A stretch of DNA of 64,000 nt from the NCBI RefSeq assembly GCF_006345805.1, contig NC_043006.1, positions 97,712,001-97,776,000 of the forward strand. Direction: 5' to 3'. The number at the start of each line of letters is the position of its first letter. Positions within the stretch are counted from its first letter, which is position 1. A program made the position numbers and the translations under genes. Positions 14,630-29,142 of the stretch are shown piece by piece. Source of the stretch: Octopus sinensis. Its lineage: Eukaryota. The notes under the pieces are model-generated. The model was not told where the DNA came from and did no database searches. It saw only the letters and a list, made by a program, of their open reading frames with translations.

Positions 14630-15909
14630 CACACACACACGCACACACAACACGTACACACATGCACACATTTCTATATATCAAAATCTAAAATAACTCA
14701 ATGAATACATGAATTCGTTGAATAAAGAACTCTTGCAACTTTATTTCTGGATTTTATTTTGTTAAATCTATTTTCTTCTTAAGATCATTTATTAACCAGG
14801 GAATATATATGCTATATTACATTTCTAAGACAAGAAACTAGCTCTTAAATCAATTCGTATTTGTATAAATATAACATATTACGATATTTTTATATATATG
14901 AATGTACCAGACGGTTTAATTTCCTTCGAGAGTAATATATTTATTACTATACGGTGAATAAGAACTGCGGATTTGACTGACTATGTAGTTTTAATGATTT
15001 TGTCAGAAAAGGATTGCTGCCACCAATGAGCATTTTTCAGAGGTTCTAAGTAACTTATGGTGGGAGAAAAAGGAGTTATCCTTAGAGCTGAGAAATGTTT
15101 TTTTTATGCTTGTAACTTAACAATCTTCACTTAGGAAAGCCAAGCGCCAAATATGCGTTTGAACAGGGCCTTATATAAAGCCTAACAATCAAGATTTACC
15201 TAAAGAACTGTCATGGTGTGTATGCAATTTCTGATTTTAGCTTTCACACCTCAATTCCACAAATGTAAACTTTGATTCTGGGCTTTTGCTTTATCTGGGC
15301 AGCCCAATTTCTAGTCAAATAACGGATTCTAGTCAAGTAACTGCCAATTCTTAGTGTGGACGTTAGAAATCAATTATTTTGTATACTCGCTAGTTTCATC
15401 TGCTGTATTGCAACTGCGCTGAGACACCGCTTTCAAGGGTATTTTATTTAATCGATCATATCAATTACAGTACTTTATTCTTGTCCGGGATTTACTCTCT
15501 CTGTCGCTCTCTCTCTCTCTCTCTCTCTCTCTTTTTCTATCTATCTATCTACCTATAAAGCTGGTGGATTTGTTAACTGTTAACACTGGCAAATGTTAGC
15601 ACAGACAGTAGCAGTGTACACACTCATACTTACGCATGCACACACACACACACACACATACACACTCAGACACACACACATATATATGCATATAGGCATA
15701 TGTGTGTGTGAATGTTCGCTCCAATGTTATGCTGTGGGTGTATGTAGAATTTGCATTATCTGCAATACTTTTCTTTCATTGCATGTGCGTAACCATGCAG
15801 AATTTCTTTTATCATAATATCCTATTCCATCTTGTAGACATGTCTTTCCTTTCCTAGTCGTAAAAGGAGTGTGCGCATACTGAAGTACAAAGCTTAACGG
15901 ACACTGGTG

Positions 15910-15957
<48 letters not shown>

Positions 15958-16911
15958 GTGTGTGCCTGCGTGTGTGCTTGTAACGGACCTCTGCTCCATT
16001 TCCATTTACGAAATTCCCATCACAAGATACTGGTCAACCGTAAACTATTCTAGAAGAAGAAAGAAGATACATGCCCACTGCACCTGGCGCTTGCTATCTC
16101 GTCTCTCTGATGCGAGTTTCTTAACCACGTAACCATGCCTGCCCAATATATCATGATAAAGTAATAAAAGACAGGAAAAAAGACAAACAAAAGAAAAACA
16201 AAATTCAATTGCGCTTTTATAGAATTTCTTTTAGGTTTCATATTATACTAAAACATTTGCGAAAGATGCAGACAACGGAGAACATATTGTTAACATGATC
16301 TATAATTCACTGGATTATTTTTTAAATCATATTTACCTAACAGAATGGATTATATTTGGCAATGGAAGTAAAGCAATAAAAAAGTTATTATCATATACTT
16401 GCCCCTCTGCGTAACTTTATTCTAATATATACTGGAAAAAATAAGTGATATTTTAAAATATTTTTCTGAAGCTATGTTTGTTATCGAGATGATTTAGTTC
16501 TATGAGTGTATGCCATTAAGATTTTTAGTATGGTTTAAAACTTAGTGAGAGTTGCAGGGTAGAGGTATTACAGTCCGTGCGAAACTAGTAAGACTGATAT
16601 CTCAAACTGAGAATCTGAGGGTCGATGTTTGCAAGAGAAAAGGGCAGGAAGGAAGTGTTAACCTTATATGCAGGTAACAGAGAGAAACGCGTTGCCAAAA
16701 CGCGTGGTCTGTTAAGCCAACTTATTTTCATTTTTCACATAGACTACAGAGAAAAAAAAATGGACGGAGGAACTAATCGATAGACAGACCCTAGTTTTTC
16801 ATTGGTACTTAATTTTATTGATATCTGGTTGAATGAAAAGCATTGCTGATGACGGCAGAATTTGATCTCAGAATACTAAGATTAGAATCAGAACACCTGT
16901 TAAGCATGCTG

Positions 16912-17125
16912 ATATTAGTTTCAAATTTTTGGCACAAGGCCAGCAATTTTTAGGGGAGAAAGAAATTGATTATATCGATCCTAGTGTTGAACTGGTGCTT
17001 TTTAAATCGAACCTAAAGGAGTAAGAGGCAAAGTCGACTGCAGTGGAATTTGAACCCAGAATTCAAAGACGGGCGAAATGCCGTCAGGCATTTTGTCCGG
17101 GGTGCTAACGATTCTGACAGCTAAC
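16912..17125 (-). mobile_element. SINE family A variant with alternative tail, diverged
   Basis: Family A head and core, with the AATTGCTGGCCTTGTGCCAAAATTTGAAAC tail type also seen at 33568-33779 and 8350-8390. Confidence 0.75.
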
Positions 17126-18064
17126 CATTCTAAAGCTTCCTGATATTGATAATTGTAACTATATTTTCAATGTATATGTCAGCAATTATGTGTGTATAAG
17201 CGTATACTTACATATATTTATGTTTCTATCTATCTATCTATACACGTATACACACACATTTATTCCCCGTCTTTCTCACTCTCCCACATATTAATACATA
17301 ATGCACAGGTGTATACACACACATACACACATACACACGCACACAAACATGTATGTATGTGTTTGTGTTATAGAAATCATGACTTTTGTAATAATTTTAT
17401 CAAAAAAGCTTCCTTTATATTTCCTTATTTTTTTTTGTGTCAACGTTTCTAGTCTTTCTTGATGAAGTGATAGTATTAACTATTTTTTCTCTCGGTGTTG
17501 TTGTTGTCTGGCCCCTACCCAAGGTTACCTCTGCTTGAGTAATCCTATAGTCTAAAGCTTTCCAGTTGTGTGATTTTGAGGTAAAACAAATTAACGAACT
17601 TAGTATTTTGAAAAAGCATCATAATGAAAAGAACAAGCTCCTTTTACTCTACAGAGAATTATTAGTATAGGAAAAAAGTTCAAAAAGAGTGACCTGTTTG
17701 CTTTTGACCAGCATCCCGAAATATCGATTCCTAATATAAGCATGCGTATCATCGATCTAATCGATCCTGGTAATTGAATGGTACTATCTTTTCATCGATT
17801 CCGGAGGGAAGAAACGTATAGCTGAACACGAGAATGAAAGACGAATTTGATCAGGATTTGAATGTAGAATGTTAAGTTACTTAACTAAATACACAAATGT
17901 GCTTTGTATCACACACACACACGCACACACATAAAGAAGAAAATACCCATCCCCACCTAGATTCTTAAAATATTCACATAATTTTAGGTAGGCGGTCGAT
18001 TCACCGACATTAATTATTTTGACTAACGGAACCCCCTCCTTCTTGCAATTGCTTTTAGATAATG

Positions 18065-18858
18065 CGGCGAGCTGGCAAAAACGTTAGCACGCCGGGCGAA
18101 ATGCTTAGCGGTATTTCGTCTGCGTTACGTTGTGAGTTCAAATTCCGCCGAGGTCGACTTTGCCTTTCATCCTTTCGGGGTAGATAAATTAAGTACCAGT
18201 TACGCACTGGGGTCGATGTAATCGACTTAATACCTATGTCTGTCCTTGTTTGTCCCCTCTGTGTTTAGCCCCTTGTGGGTAATAAAGAAATAGGTATTTC
18301 GTCTGCCGCTACGTTCTGAGTTCAAATTCCGCCGAGGTCGACTTTGCATTTCATCCTTTCGGGGTCGATTAAATAAGTACCAGTTCCGCACTGGGGTCGA
18401 TATAATCGACGTAATCTGTTTGTCTGTCCTTGTTTTTTTCCTTTGTGTTTAGCCTCTTGTGGGTAGTAAAGAAATAGGTATTTCGTCTGCCGCTGCGTTC
18501 TGAGTTCGAATTCCGCCGAGGTCGACTTTGCCTTTCATCCTTGAGGGGTCGATAAATTAAGTACCAGTTACGCACTGGGGTCGATATAATCGACTTAATC
18601 CGTTTGTGTGTCCTTGTTTGTCCTCTGTGTTTAGCCCCTTGTGGGTAGTAAAGAAATAGTTATTTTGAGAAATAGGTTCTGAGTTCAAATTCCGCCGAGG
18701 TCGACTTTGCCTTTCATCCTTTCGGGGTCGATAAATTAAGTACCATTGAAGATAAATTAAGTACATCGCACTGGTGTCGATGTAATCGATATAATCCCTT
18801 TGTATGTCCTTGTTTGTCCCCTGAATGTTTAGCCCCTTGTGAGCAATAAAGAAATAAG
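18065..18858 (+). mobile_element. SINE family A head-to-tail tetramer
   Basis: One full copy followed by three 5'-truncated units, period 183-184 bp. Confidence 0.92.
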
Positions 18859-19884
18859 ATAGTATTACATATATTTTATAAGCCATTCGTGCATTAAAGT
18901 TTCACATGAGACAACAGTTCTTTTCTTCTCTTTAGCCACCGGTAAACTGATATCCTATTGGATTATGATCAAAAGCGATCGAGTTGGGATCATGTAGCCT
19001 TGTCGTTTTACAGATACTAATTTATTTTGGTTTACATTGTACTATGACTCGGTTGAGTGTGACTGGAAAGTAAAGGCACACGTCAACTGCCACTTCCACA
19101 ACTCTACCATTTCCTTTCTTAACACAGACATAAGGCATCGAACATGAAAGACGAGTATAACAGATATACTAGCATTTGTTTTATCAACATCAGAAGAGTG
19201 ACGGGTGAAGTCGACCTCGGTGGACAACTAAATTTCACAAAACATCTTATCTGTTAATCTAGTGAATTTCCGATACACAATGCGCCATTTCTAAGTAAAT
19301 GGGAGTTGGCGATTTTAAATGTGTCTGTCGTAACTAAATGAAAAAGAGGTTTTCAGTTCAGCCCATTCTTCAAAGAAGAGAGTGCCGTATGCTGTTGTTA
19401 AACCTATGGTTTTTGTTTTGTTTTTAAATACAAACAATATAATCTTTTCATTTTATAAATATCATCAAAGAGAAAACGAAGCAATGAAAGTGGACTTTGT
19501 GGAGATGTGCGTTTCTCAGTTCAATCTTCCGAAAGGATGATAGCAAATTTATGTTCCGGACGGAGAAATTGATTCCGTCGTTTATTGACTTCACTAATGT
19601 GGTTTAAATTAATTACTAATGGGCTCAGGCACGTTTGCATGGTAAAGTAGCTGCATCACAGTTTCTTAGTTCAGGTTCGGTCTCATTGCCTGGCGTCTTT
19701 GGAAAGAGTCTCCAACTAAAGCCTTGGATCGACGAAAGCATTCATAAAAATTTTATGGATGCTCGTCGGATAAATCGTTCCTCGTCTTCGATGGTAGCTT
19801 AAGCTGTCGCCTGGTTCAATTTCACCTATTAGAATCTGGTTATCGTTAGCGCATATATTCATATATATATATATATATATATAT

Positions 19885-20111
19885 ATTTCTTTATTACCCA
19901 CAAGGGGCTAAACATAGAGGGGACAAACAAGGACAGACAAAGGGATTAAATCGATTACATCTACCCCAGTGCGTAACTGGTACTTAATTTATCGACCCCG
20001 AAAGGATGAAAGGCAAAGTCGACCTCGGCGGAACTTGAACTCACAACGTAATGACAGACAAAGTACCGCTAAGTTTTTCGCCCGACGTGCTAACGTTTCT
20101 CCAGCTCGCCG
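19885..20111 (-). mobile_element. SINE family A, full length
   Basis: Reverse complement of the family A sequence. Confidence 0.92.
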
Positions 20112-20158
20112 TATGTGCAAGGCGTTGCCTGTGAGCGTAGGTGTCAAGCGTTTGGGTG

Positions 20159-20552
20159 GGAGGCGCAGTGGCCCAGTGGTTAGGCCAGCGGACTCGCGGT
20201 CATAGGATCGCGGTTTCGATTCCCAGGCCGGGCGTTGTGAGTGTTTATTGAGCGAAAACACCTAAAAGCTCCACGAGGCTCCGGCAGGGGATGGTGGTGA
20301 TCCCTGCGGTAATCTTTCACCACAACTTTCTCTCACTCTTACTTCCTGTTTCTGTTGTACCTGTATTTCAAGGGGCCGGCCTTGTCACTCTCTGTGTCAC
20401 GCTGAATATCCCCGAGAACTACGTTAAGGGTACACGTGTCTGTGGAGTGCTCAGCCACTTACACGTTAATTTCACGAGCAGGCTGTTCCGTTGATTCGGA
20501 TCAACCGGAACCCTCATCGTCGTAACCGACGGGGTGCTTCCATCCATCCATC
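20159..20552 (+). mobile_element. SINE family C, full length with TSD
   Basis: tRNA-like head (TGGCCCAGTGG / GGTTTCGATTCC), (TCCA)n tail, 14-bp TSD CAAGCGT(T/C)TGGGTG at 20145-20158 and 20553-20566. Confidence 0.92.
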
Positions 20553-21016
20553 CAAGCGTCTGGGTGTTTGTGAGCTTGACGATGTATAAATGAAGAGAAC
20601 AGTCAAATACTGAAAAAATCCTTCAGCTGTGTGTATCGTTTCAGTTAATAATGGAGGTTTAGTTATTTCGCTTTTATTTTTGTTACATGTTTCTCTTTCT
20701 CCAAGATTTACTCATTTACTTCATTTATGACTCTCTTTAGCTTTTTCTAATTCTCTATATAATTCTCTCTATACACATACACACACGCACACATATATGT
20801 ATATGGAGAAATACACAAACAGACGGCGATTCATATATATCTATGAATAGATATTTAAATATATCTAAACATATTCCTATGCACAAACACGCATACGAAT
20901 ATATATATATAGGTATATACATGTGCATGTGTGTGTGCGCGCCTCTGTGGTCATGTATGTGTGTTTCTTTTTCTGTGCATGTGTGTGACTCAGTGTGTGT
21001 GCATGTGTGTACGTGA

Positions 21017-21049
<33 letters not shown>

Positions 21050-21332
21050 TGTGACTATTATAGTAAATGTGAAGTATTGTGAAATAGAATAATATTTAAG
21101 AAAGTTATTAAAATACAGCTTTGGAAATAAAGTGTGGATAAATACATATATAAGCACACGCAGACATACATGTATGTATGTATATATATATATATATATA
21201 TGTAAATACTGAACCGAAGTAAAATAATAGGAAACGTATGCGTCTTCTTTATATTAATTTTCTATTTCGACGTTTCGGATTTAAAGTTCCTCCTCAAAAA
21301 CGTTGGATATATATACATGTATATATGTATAT

Positions 21333-21391
<59 letters not shown>

Positions 21392-21506
21392 TATATATAT
21401 ATACTTTATAATTAGGGTTCAGCAACGATTTGCTTCACCACATGCCTAATTCTACTTGGTGAAATTACTGATTACTTCTTAATTAATTAATTTCACACTT
21501 TGTTAT

Positions 21507-21570
<64 letters not shown>

Positions 21571-21577
21571 TACATAT

Positions 21578-21626
<49 letters not shown>

Positions 21627-21819
21627 CACATATATATATATGAATATATATACACACACACATACATGCATATTCCATCGGGGCTCCTAGCTTAATGCAC
21701 ATATCTCTCTACCTTTCTGCTTCTCCCATCTTTCTTCTCCTCCTTTCTGCGTTCGATGTATGGTTTTTCTTTCAGCCAGCCGATGGCTATATAAAAGGCA
21801 TTCTTGTATTATTACAAAA

Positions 21820-21935
21820 CCTTTGCCGAGATGCCAGAATCAGCAGAACGTGGGACAATATGTCTTCTGCAAGTTTATCCGATACTCAACGTTCCGGGCT
21901 CGAATTCTACCGTGGTCTTCTCTGATTTTTGTCAT
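21820..21935 (+). mobile_element. Old degenerate SINE family A head
   Basis: GCCAGAATCAGCAGAACG...CGTTCCGGGCTCGAATTCTACCGTGGTC aligns by eye to the family A 5' half. Confidence 0.5.
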
Positions 21936-22656
21936 ACCGAGATCTTATATATAAGGTGCCGATCTACCATTGCAGTTAAGGGTATCGAATCATTCACTAT
22001 CTTCAAGTTAACAGATCTTATGTCTGTAAACTTTGGTAAATGTTTTCTTATTCATGAGTTAGAGATGTGAAACCAATATTTATAGCCTCCTTTCCAGGAT
22101 TTCTGAAGCGACAGAAAGGAAAGGAAGATTTGAACTTTATATCAAAGGGTCGGTTTCAAAAGACGTGTAGACCTTACGTTCACTAGTGTTAAACCATGTA
22201 AGAGATTAAGTAAAGCACCCCAAAACAGGAATCGATTGATCCCATCGATATGGTTTCACATAGCTTTTCCCTATCAAATTTCGATCACAAAAATTTGCTA
22301 GTCCCGAGTTTATAATACAAGATGCATAGTAGAATCGAACTAGGAACCACTCGGCAGCGATTCGTACTTCTTCACCTGAATGATATGTTGCTGTAAACAT
22401 ACGTCATAGGTTTTGTGGTTCATCTAGTCACATGCGATCTTTGTCGCAAGACAGTTTGCAATTATTTTTAAATCGTTTCTTTTAGGTTACTATTTGTAGT
22501 GTTATACCATACCTTAGAGAGTGCGCAAGTGTGTGGTGAATATGTTTATCTCTCGATGTGTGTTTGCTCTCTCTCTCTCTCTCTGTTTGCCTCTTTAGCT
22601 GTGCATGTGTGTGGTTGCGTGTGTATGTTTGTGGTGTAGGTTTGCCTTTTATTGTT

Positions 22657-22687
<31 letters not shown>

Positions 22688-25600
22688 CTGTGTGTGTGTG
22701 TGTGCGTGTGTCTGTGAGCACAATTCCCTATCGATGCTTAATATTTCTGAGTGTGAATTCTTATCTTCAAACTTCACATGCATACGCGCCGGGGTATGTG
22801 TTTATATGATTGCATGTGTGTGCGTGCGCTCTTGTGTGTGCTCATGTGTATGTGTGTGAGTGTCTGTCTGTCTTGTGCATATGAAAGTGTCAGTGATAAA
22901 AAATTTCCTCACGAGGAGGAAGGGCATAATAGTTTGGTATGTTCATGCTTGCCTGCAATAACACATGAAAGTGTATGTTGGTTGGTGTGCGTATGAGCAT
23001 TTGAGAGAGAGAGAGAGAGAATTAGTGAGAGAGATATAGACGGATAGCGAGTATCTATATTATGTGTGTATCTCTCTTTTTGTAAGCGTAAACATGTGCA
23101 AGTCAGCATGTGTGCGTGTGTGCTTTATTGTAGTGTTAATGCGGCCATGCACACATTAGTCTGTCGGGAAAATTCTGCACGATACAGAGTGTATTGAGAA
23201 TATAAATATATGAAGTTCGTAATGGTTTGTGGCAGATATCAAACTGTCAAAGAAGCTCAGGTATAATAAAAGTAAACTAGAGGTGCTATTTGGAAAATCG
23301 GAAGAATTATAAAGCATTAAAAAAAGGGAACATCTCTTTTAGTTTGGTTAAATATACTCTGCCAACCTATGATCGATGGATGTCCGACCATGTTTTTGCC
23401 TCTTTGAAACTCTAATTCATTATCATGTCTGCTAGGAGTTGCATGAAAGACACTGAAGCGCCTGCGATACGTGCTGTTCGAGGTTAATTGTTTCACGTGT
23501 ACTGGATAGATTTTTTTGATTTGCTTTTTACTCTTGTTTTATACCGTATTGAAGAGCAACAGCGTCCTTGTTTATAGGTTTCGAACCGGCAAATACTGGT
23601 TCAGAGCATTTAAGAGCGTGAGACAGATAAGGCGTTTCTGGACAACTCAAGGGAAACTAGTACTACTCCATGCAATTTTGAAATTAATGTGAAACCGGTC
23701 ATGTGTATTCTAATTAATTCTATTACAATCTTTGGGAATTTTCAACTTAATTGTCTCTATTTCTTCCCTTGGTTTGATTAATAAAAATTTTTCTCCCTCT
23801 CTCTCCTTCTCTTTCACTATATCTATATTTGAGTGTGTGTGTGTATGTGTGTGTGTGTGTGTGTTGCATTACATATACACTGAAGCTATGGGTGAGCTAC
23901 TTCAAATTTCAAGTTGAGGTCAGTTCTGTTCCGCCATAGAAGAGACCCACCAAAGAAGGAATTGGCCTGTGTTAAGGTTACTTCTGAAAGAGATAGTCCA
24001 GCATTTAACCTCCTTTCAGCCACGTAGACAAAAGTTCACCAGCCATATCTGGTAGTATTGCATTTTACTTACTTGTTGATTTTGCTTGCTGCGTGTTTCA
24101 CGATTTCAAAGATTTAGAGCTTGGTATGATTGCCACCCAAGCGTTTGTCACTATGAAATTCGATGTGCAGGTAAATTTTGCGACACAATTTTTCTGTTAT
24201 AACGTAGGTTAAGACACTGTTTTCTTCGTAGACAAACAAAATTCGGGCCGTTTCCGTCGGAGATTGTGGATTCAAGCGCGTATGCGACAATGAAATTATA
24301 AAACCTCTGCAGTTTCCTAACGCGTGTGTGCTCACGGAAGACGTACCTTAGATGCAAAAAATAAACAAAAAAACTTGATTGTATATATTCCGTGCGTGCG
24401 ACTGCATCCTCTGTTGAAGTCCCTTCGGTGTATGGGAAGTGGCTTCGTCAGCATAGTAGCGTTGACAGAAAGGAACCGCATCTTAAAATGAAAAGGGACA
24501 GAGGCAGTGCTTGCTTTTCAGACACGTCGTTCACGAGAGAAATTCGGCATACACCTGATGTGAAAGTATTTTGTAACGAAATATGTTATAATGTTTTAAA
24601 TAAGGCCAGAGTATTGAAGAAATATTTAGAATGTTCTGGGTTAGAATCTTGTTTAGTATACTTCTGGATGGATAAAATAAAGTACCAGTGAAATCCTTGG
24701 ATTTAACATAATGGTATTGGCTGGTCTCTTCCATCAGAATTGCTCGTCTTGTCCTCAAATGAGTAATTTGATTCACTACTTTACAGATTCAGTTGAACTA
24801 CAATGAGAGACAATTCCGCTATCATCATACCTTACTGTATTATCGTATTTATTCTATGTTTAAGAATGCAGCTGGAGTCTCAGAGAGATTAGCTACAATT
24901 GCTAACAAAAATAGATACCTGTTCGTCTGTGGTGTTGCCTCGTACATTGAAATCGAAGAGGCACCCTTGATAGTTTAATTAATTTTATCTAGAAAAAGAT
25001 GTACTGCGCTTGGCCTTTCAGGTTCTCCAAAACAGTGACATTGATATCTTAACGTCATTAATGTTACCCGTTAGAAGGATACAGTACAAAATAAGATAGA
25101 AAATGAGAGACAGAGTAATAGAATGAGAATTCGAGCGAATGCAATCTGACGTGATAAACACCTTATAAAGTAGAAATATATTTATTTCGTCCTGCTGAAT
25201 ATTCCAGAACTTCAATCTTACAAATCCTATTAAACTACAACTTGTCTCAACTCTAAAAACTCTTCACCTACTTCAGTATATTTTCATCAGTCCTTGACGT
25301 TTTCAGATTTTATAAAATAAAAGCGATAAACAAAATTTTGAATTTATTTTCCTTTCATACACATTTAATTTATATTCTAACGAAATGTTTGTTTTAAGTA
25401 TAACAAATAGTCTCCTGCTGCTTCACTTAAGTATTTATTTGTTATTTACGGACTCTTGAGAGTTTTCCCCTCTGTACTATTTCAGTGAAGAATTAAGGAT
25501 AATATTCGAAAGAATTCATCTGAAATATATAAAATGTTATTAGGCTGTTATAAAAAGGATTTATTATATCTTTCAATTTCGAATGTAATCTTACATAGTA

Positions 25601-28475
25601 TTTTCTTTACAATTAATATAAATCAGTTTTACGGAGGAACTTATTTTTGTTTACATTTAAAATCATCAATCACTTAAGATTGTCCCTTAAATAACGTTGA
25701 AAAACAAGCAAATTAATAAAAATATCTAATGCATTCAATAATACAGAATTCATTTGAAGTGGTGAGGTACCTTCTACATAGTCATTAAAGATGCTCGAGT
25801 ATGTGTGATATTTATTCTTACCTCAAACGAAGCACCCAGTGCCTTCAAAAAGTATGGTAACTCCTAAGACGTACCGCAAGAGTCTCAGTATGATGACAGG
25901 ATGTTGCACGGTTGGTAGATGCGAGCCATAATCAAAGGCAGCTGTAATACCACGAGCAAGACGTTATGTGCATGCAATATACAGCAACCAAATTTTCTTT
26001 GATTCACACTGTTTCTTGAACTAGGAAAGAGTGTATTTGAAAATGTAGCTCAATATACTGTGTAACTGAGGAAAGCATTTCATGAACATAAGTGAAACAT
26101 CTTTGATCAAATATCCAAAGGTCTGTTCAACTGAAGCTGAGCTGAAGCTAAGCAACGGTAATTAGAACGATAACATTATCAACAACAATAAGAAGAAAAC
26201 CGCCATGTTCTCTCCGTGCATATCTATAAAGAACAAATTCTTTTTATAAGGAAAATACAAAAATATATAGTTTTTAATATAGTGTAGTAAGAAAGTAATT
26301 GTAAAATAGTTATATACAGGTCATTAAATATAACTTACGCTATTTTCTTATTTTCGTATCATCTATTTTATCATCAGACATACGATCTTACTTGAATGCT
26401 TGTAACTATGCGAAGCCTAATGGTCTGGTAACAATGTTATATCGACCCACCAATTAAATTCAGTGCACAAGAACAGTTAAAGACCATCCAAGGAGGAGCT
26501 TGTGTACAGTGTTCTTCGGCCCAAATTTCCCACACTGTTTGAGAAGACCCGTTGCTTTGGTAGAAGACACTTTTCAAATATCCCATGCAGTAGAAACGGG
26601 CGAGAAATTACAGGATTCCGAATCAAACTTTTCAATAGTGTGTAATAGATGTAAAAGTTTGATCAAATGAACGTAGTTTTAGCTTGTTTTTCGCAACAGT
26701 AAAGCCATTGAGAAAGAGCTAAAACTTTCAAAGTGCCATCTGTTCTTCTAATATATTAAGCTTCATATGTTAGCATGTTGCCACTGGGAGACAGCAATAA
26801 GCTGTACACTGCAAAATAACGCAACAGCTAGCATTGCTTATATTATCAATGATACATTCTTACGCATAGGATTTATTTAGTAATATATGTATCGGGGAGT
26901 GGAATTCTAAATAACTTTGTAACGAGAGCACAGTGTTATTAGCAGAAAATGAGAGTGGAACCGTCAATTATTTGTTACTTTCGAAATTAGTTCAGTCAAC
27001 TACAACACTTAAGAACTGTCTAAAGCGATGTACCATCCTCATCGGCTTTTTTCATACTTTCAAGTAAAATAAACCACAATTTTCGTTGATCCATTAATGT
27101 TTTTGATCATGTATGTTAGAAATAATTAGTATTCTTTAATCGGAATGTTTATCATAAAATGACATTCAGCAACTTTTATGTGTCTACAAAAAAAGCAGCT
27201 TTATTTATTCGTTTATAAGATTACAGAGAAATTATCAAAAACTATAAAACCGAAGATTCGATTCCAAAGAAATTATTTTCTCCAAATACGTTTCGAGAAG
27301 CAGATTAAAGTTTATCCTTTCAGAAAAATTATGTGACCTAGGATTAATTCTATCTTTCTAAATTGTTTGCTGTTAAATATATAATATCCCTTGTTTGGAA
27401 TCACCTAGTGATCGCTTAAGAACAAAAATATATTCTTGCTATCAATAAATGAGGCTGTTTAAAATAAACGATAAACCATTAACAATATGCATACGGCATA
27501 TTTATATACATGTTGACCAGATTGATTTCTGCTTAGGTAGAGAGATTATTAATATCTTATATCTAATAAGTTTATGTTTTTAATAGTTTTCTGTGAAGCC
27601 TATTGGTTCGGAATATAAATCTTTGATGTTTCACTATTAAATTTAGATATATACACTCGAAACTCAGCCGAGATATTAAACTTAATATTTAGGATTTCAA
27701 ACAGAATAGAGTAATTTAAAGGTTGAAAAATGTCCATTATATTTTGGTTTATGTTGTAAAATGTAATAATGCTGCTTTCAAATAGAACAGTGAATTATAA
27801 ACTGCTATTTGCCGAAAGGTTTAAATCTTAATTGAAACCAAAATATTATGTTACATGCAATTCTGCCATCCAAACACAAATGCAATATAGATGAAGCTAT
27901 AGAGAAAATCTAGTGAGTTGATTTGTTTGCATTTATTTTGTTTCCAGTTTGTTTTTTGAATGGAAGCTACATTGTTACTGTCACGAGAATGCTAATATAT
28001 TTATTAACATGATTGGTAGTAAATATCTCGTATGTAGGAGTCTACTTTGATTCGGCCCACATAATCTAACTATCTAGTAATAGACTAATGACGTGTTCGG
28101 AAGACCTGCTAGAAACAGCAACCAAATCTCTGTCCAATCACACTGTGGCGTCAGAAAAAGGACAAGTTGCGTAATGCAGACTGTGTTACCTGGAGATAGG
28201 AAAATCTTAGTATGTTCATAGACGGACGTTTCTTGATCATAAGTTTTATTTAGACTTTGGGCTAACCAAGAAGAGTAAACATCATCTATTTAACCGTTTA
28301 CGATCGGATTGAGAAAACCTCAGTTATATTATTCGTTATCTTAGAAATAGAAACCAAAATCATTCAAAGCATACCCTGCTGCCACGAAAATAATAGGAAA
28401 CATCAGATAGAATTACTCGGGAATACATAACATTTGATAATACAATAATTCTATGATATTGCTTGGTTAATTACA

Positions 28476-28890
28476 CAAGGAGTGACTGTGTGGTAAGTAG
28501 CTTAGTAACCAACCACATGGTTCCGGGTTCAGTCCCTCTGCGTGGCATCTTGGGCAAGTGTCTTCTGCTATAGCTCCGGGCCGACCAATGCCTTGTGAGT
28601 GGATTTGGTAGACGGAAACTGAAAGAAGCCTGTCGTATATATGTATATATATATATATGTGTGTGTGTGTGTGGGGGGGTTGTGTGTCTGTGTTTGTCCC
28701 CCTAGCATTGCTTGACAACCGATGCTGGTGTGCTTACGTCCCCGTCACGTAGCGGTTCGGCAAAAGAGACCGATAGAATAAGTACTGGTCTTACAAAGAA
28801 TAAGTCCCGGGGTCGATTTGCTCGACTAAAGGCGGTGCTCCAGCATGGCCGCAGTCAAATGACAGAAACAAGTAAAAGAGTAAAAGAGTA
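28476..28890 (+). mobile_element. SINE family B, full length
   Basis: Head TGACTGTGTGG..GGTTCAGTCC, core, internal TA/TG run, (AAAAGAGT) tail. Confidence 0.92.
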
Positions 28891-29142
28891 ATGGTATATG
28901 ACGAAGAAAATAAAGGATGGAATGATCACAGTTTAACGCCTATGATATCAGGTCTGCTCGATCAGTGCTGAGTCAAGACGCTAAAAAACAACACCAAAAT
29001 CATTGGCGACAACAAGAAAAGACAAACTTAAAAATACATGTAAAGAAAGGAGAGCGCATCTGTATGGACTTGCTCGATATAGCTGACAAATTCCCTTCGA
29101 ATCACCATGACATGATATACGCTCGTATATCGTATATCAAAA

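Noticed and set aside
21778-21925. Strong-looking acceptor (TTTTTCTTTCAG) and three overlapping ORFs
   Set aside because: The sequence aligns to a decayed family A SINE head and there is no good donor.
25822-26020. Minus-strand exon-like segment (CTCTTTCCTAG ... GAG|GTAAGA)
   Set aside because: All three frames contain stops. It could only be non-coding, and such signals arise by chance in AT-rich DNA.
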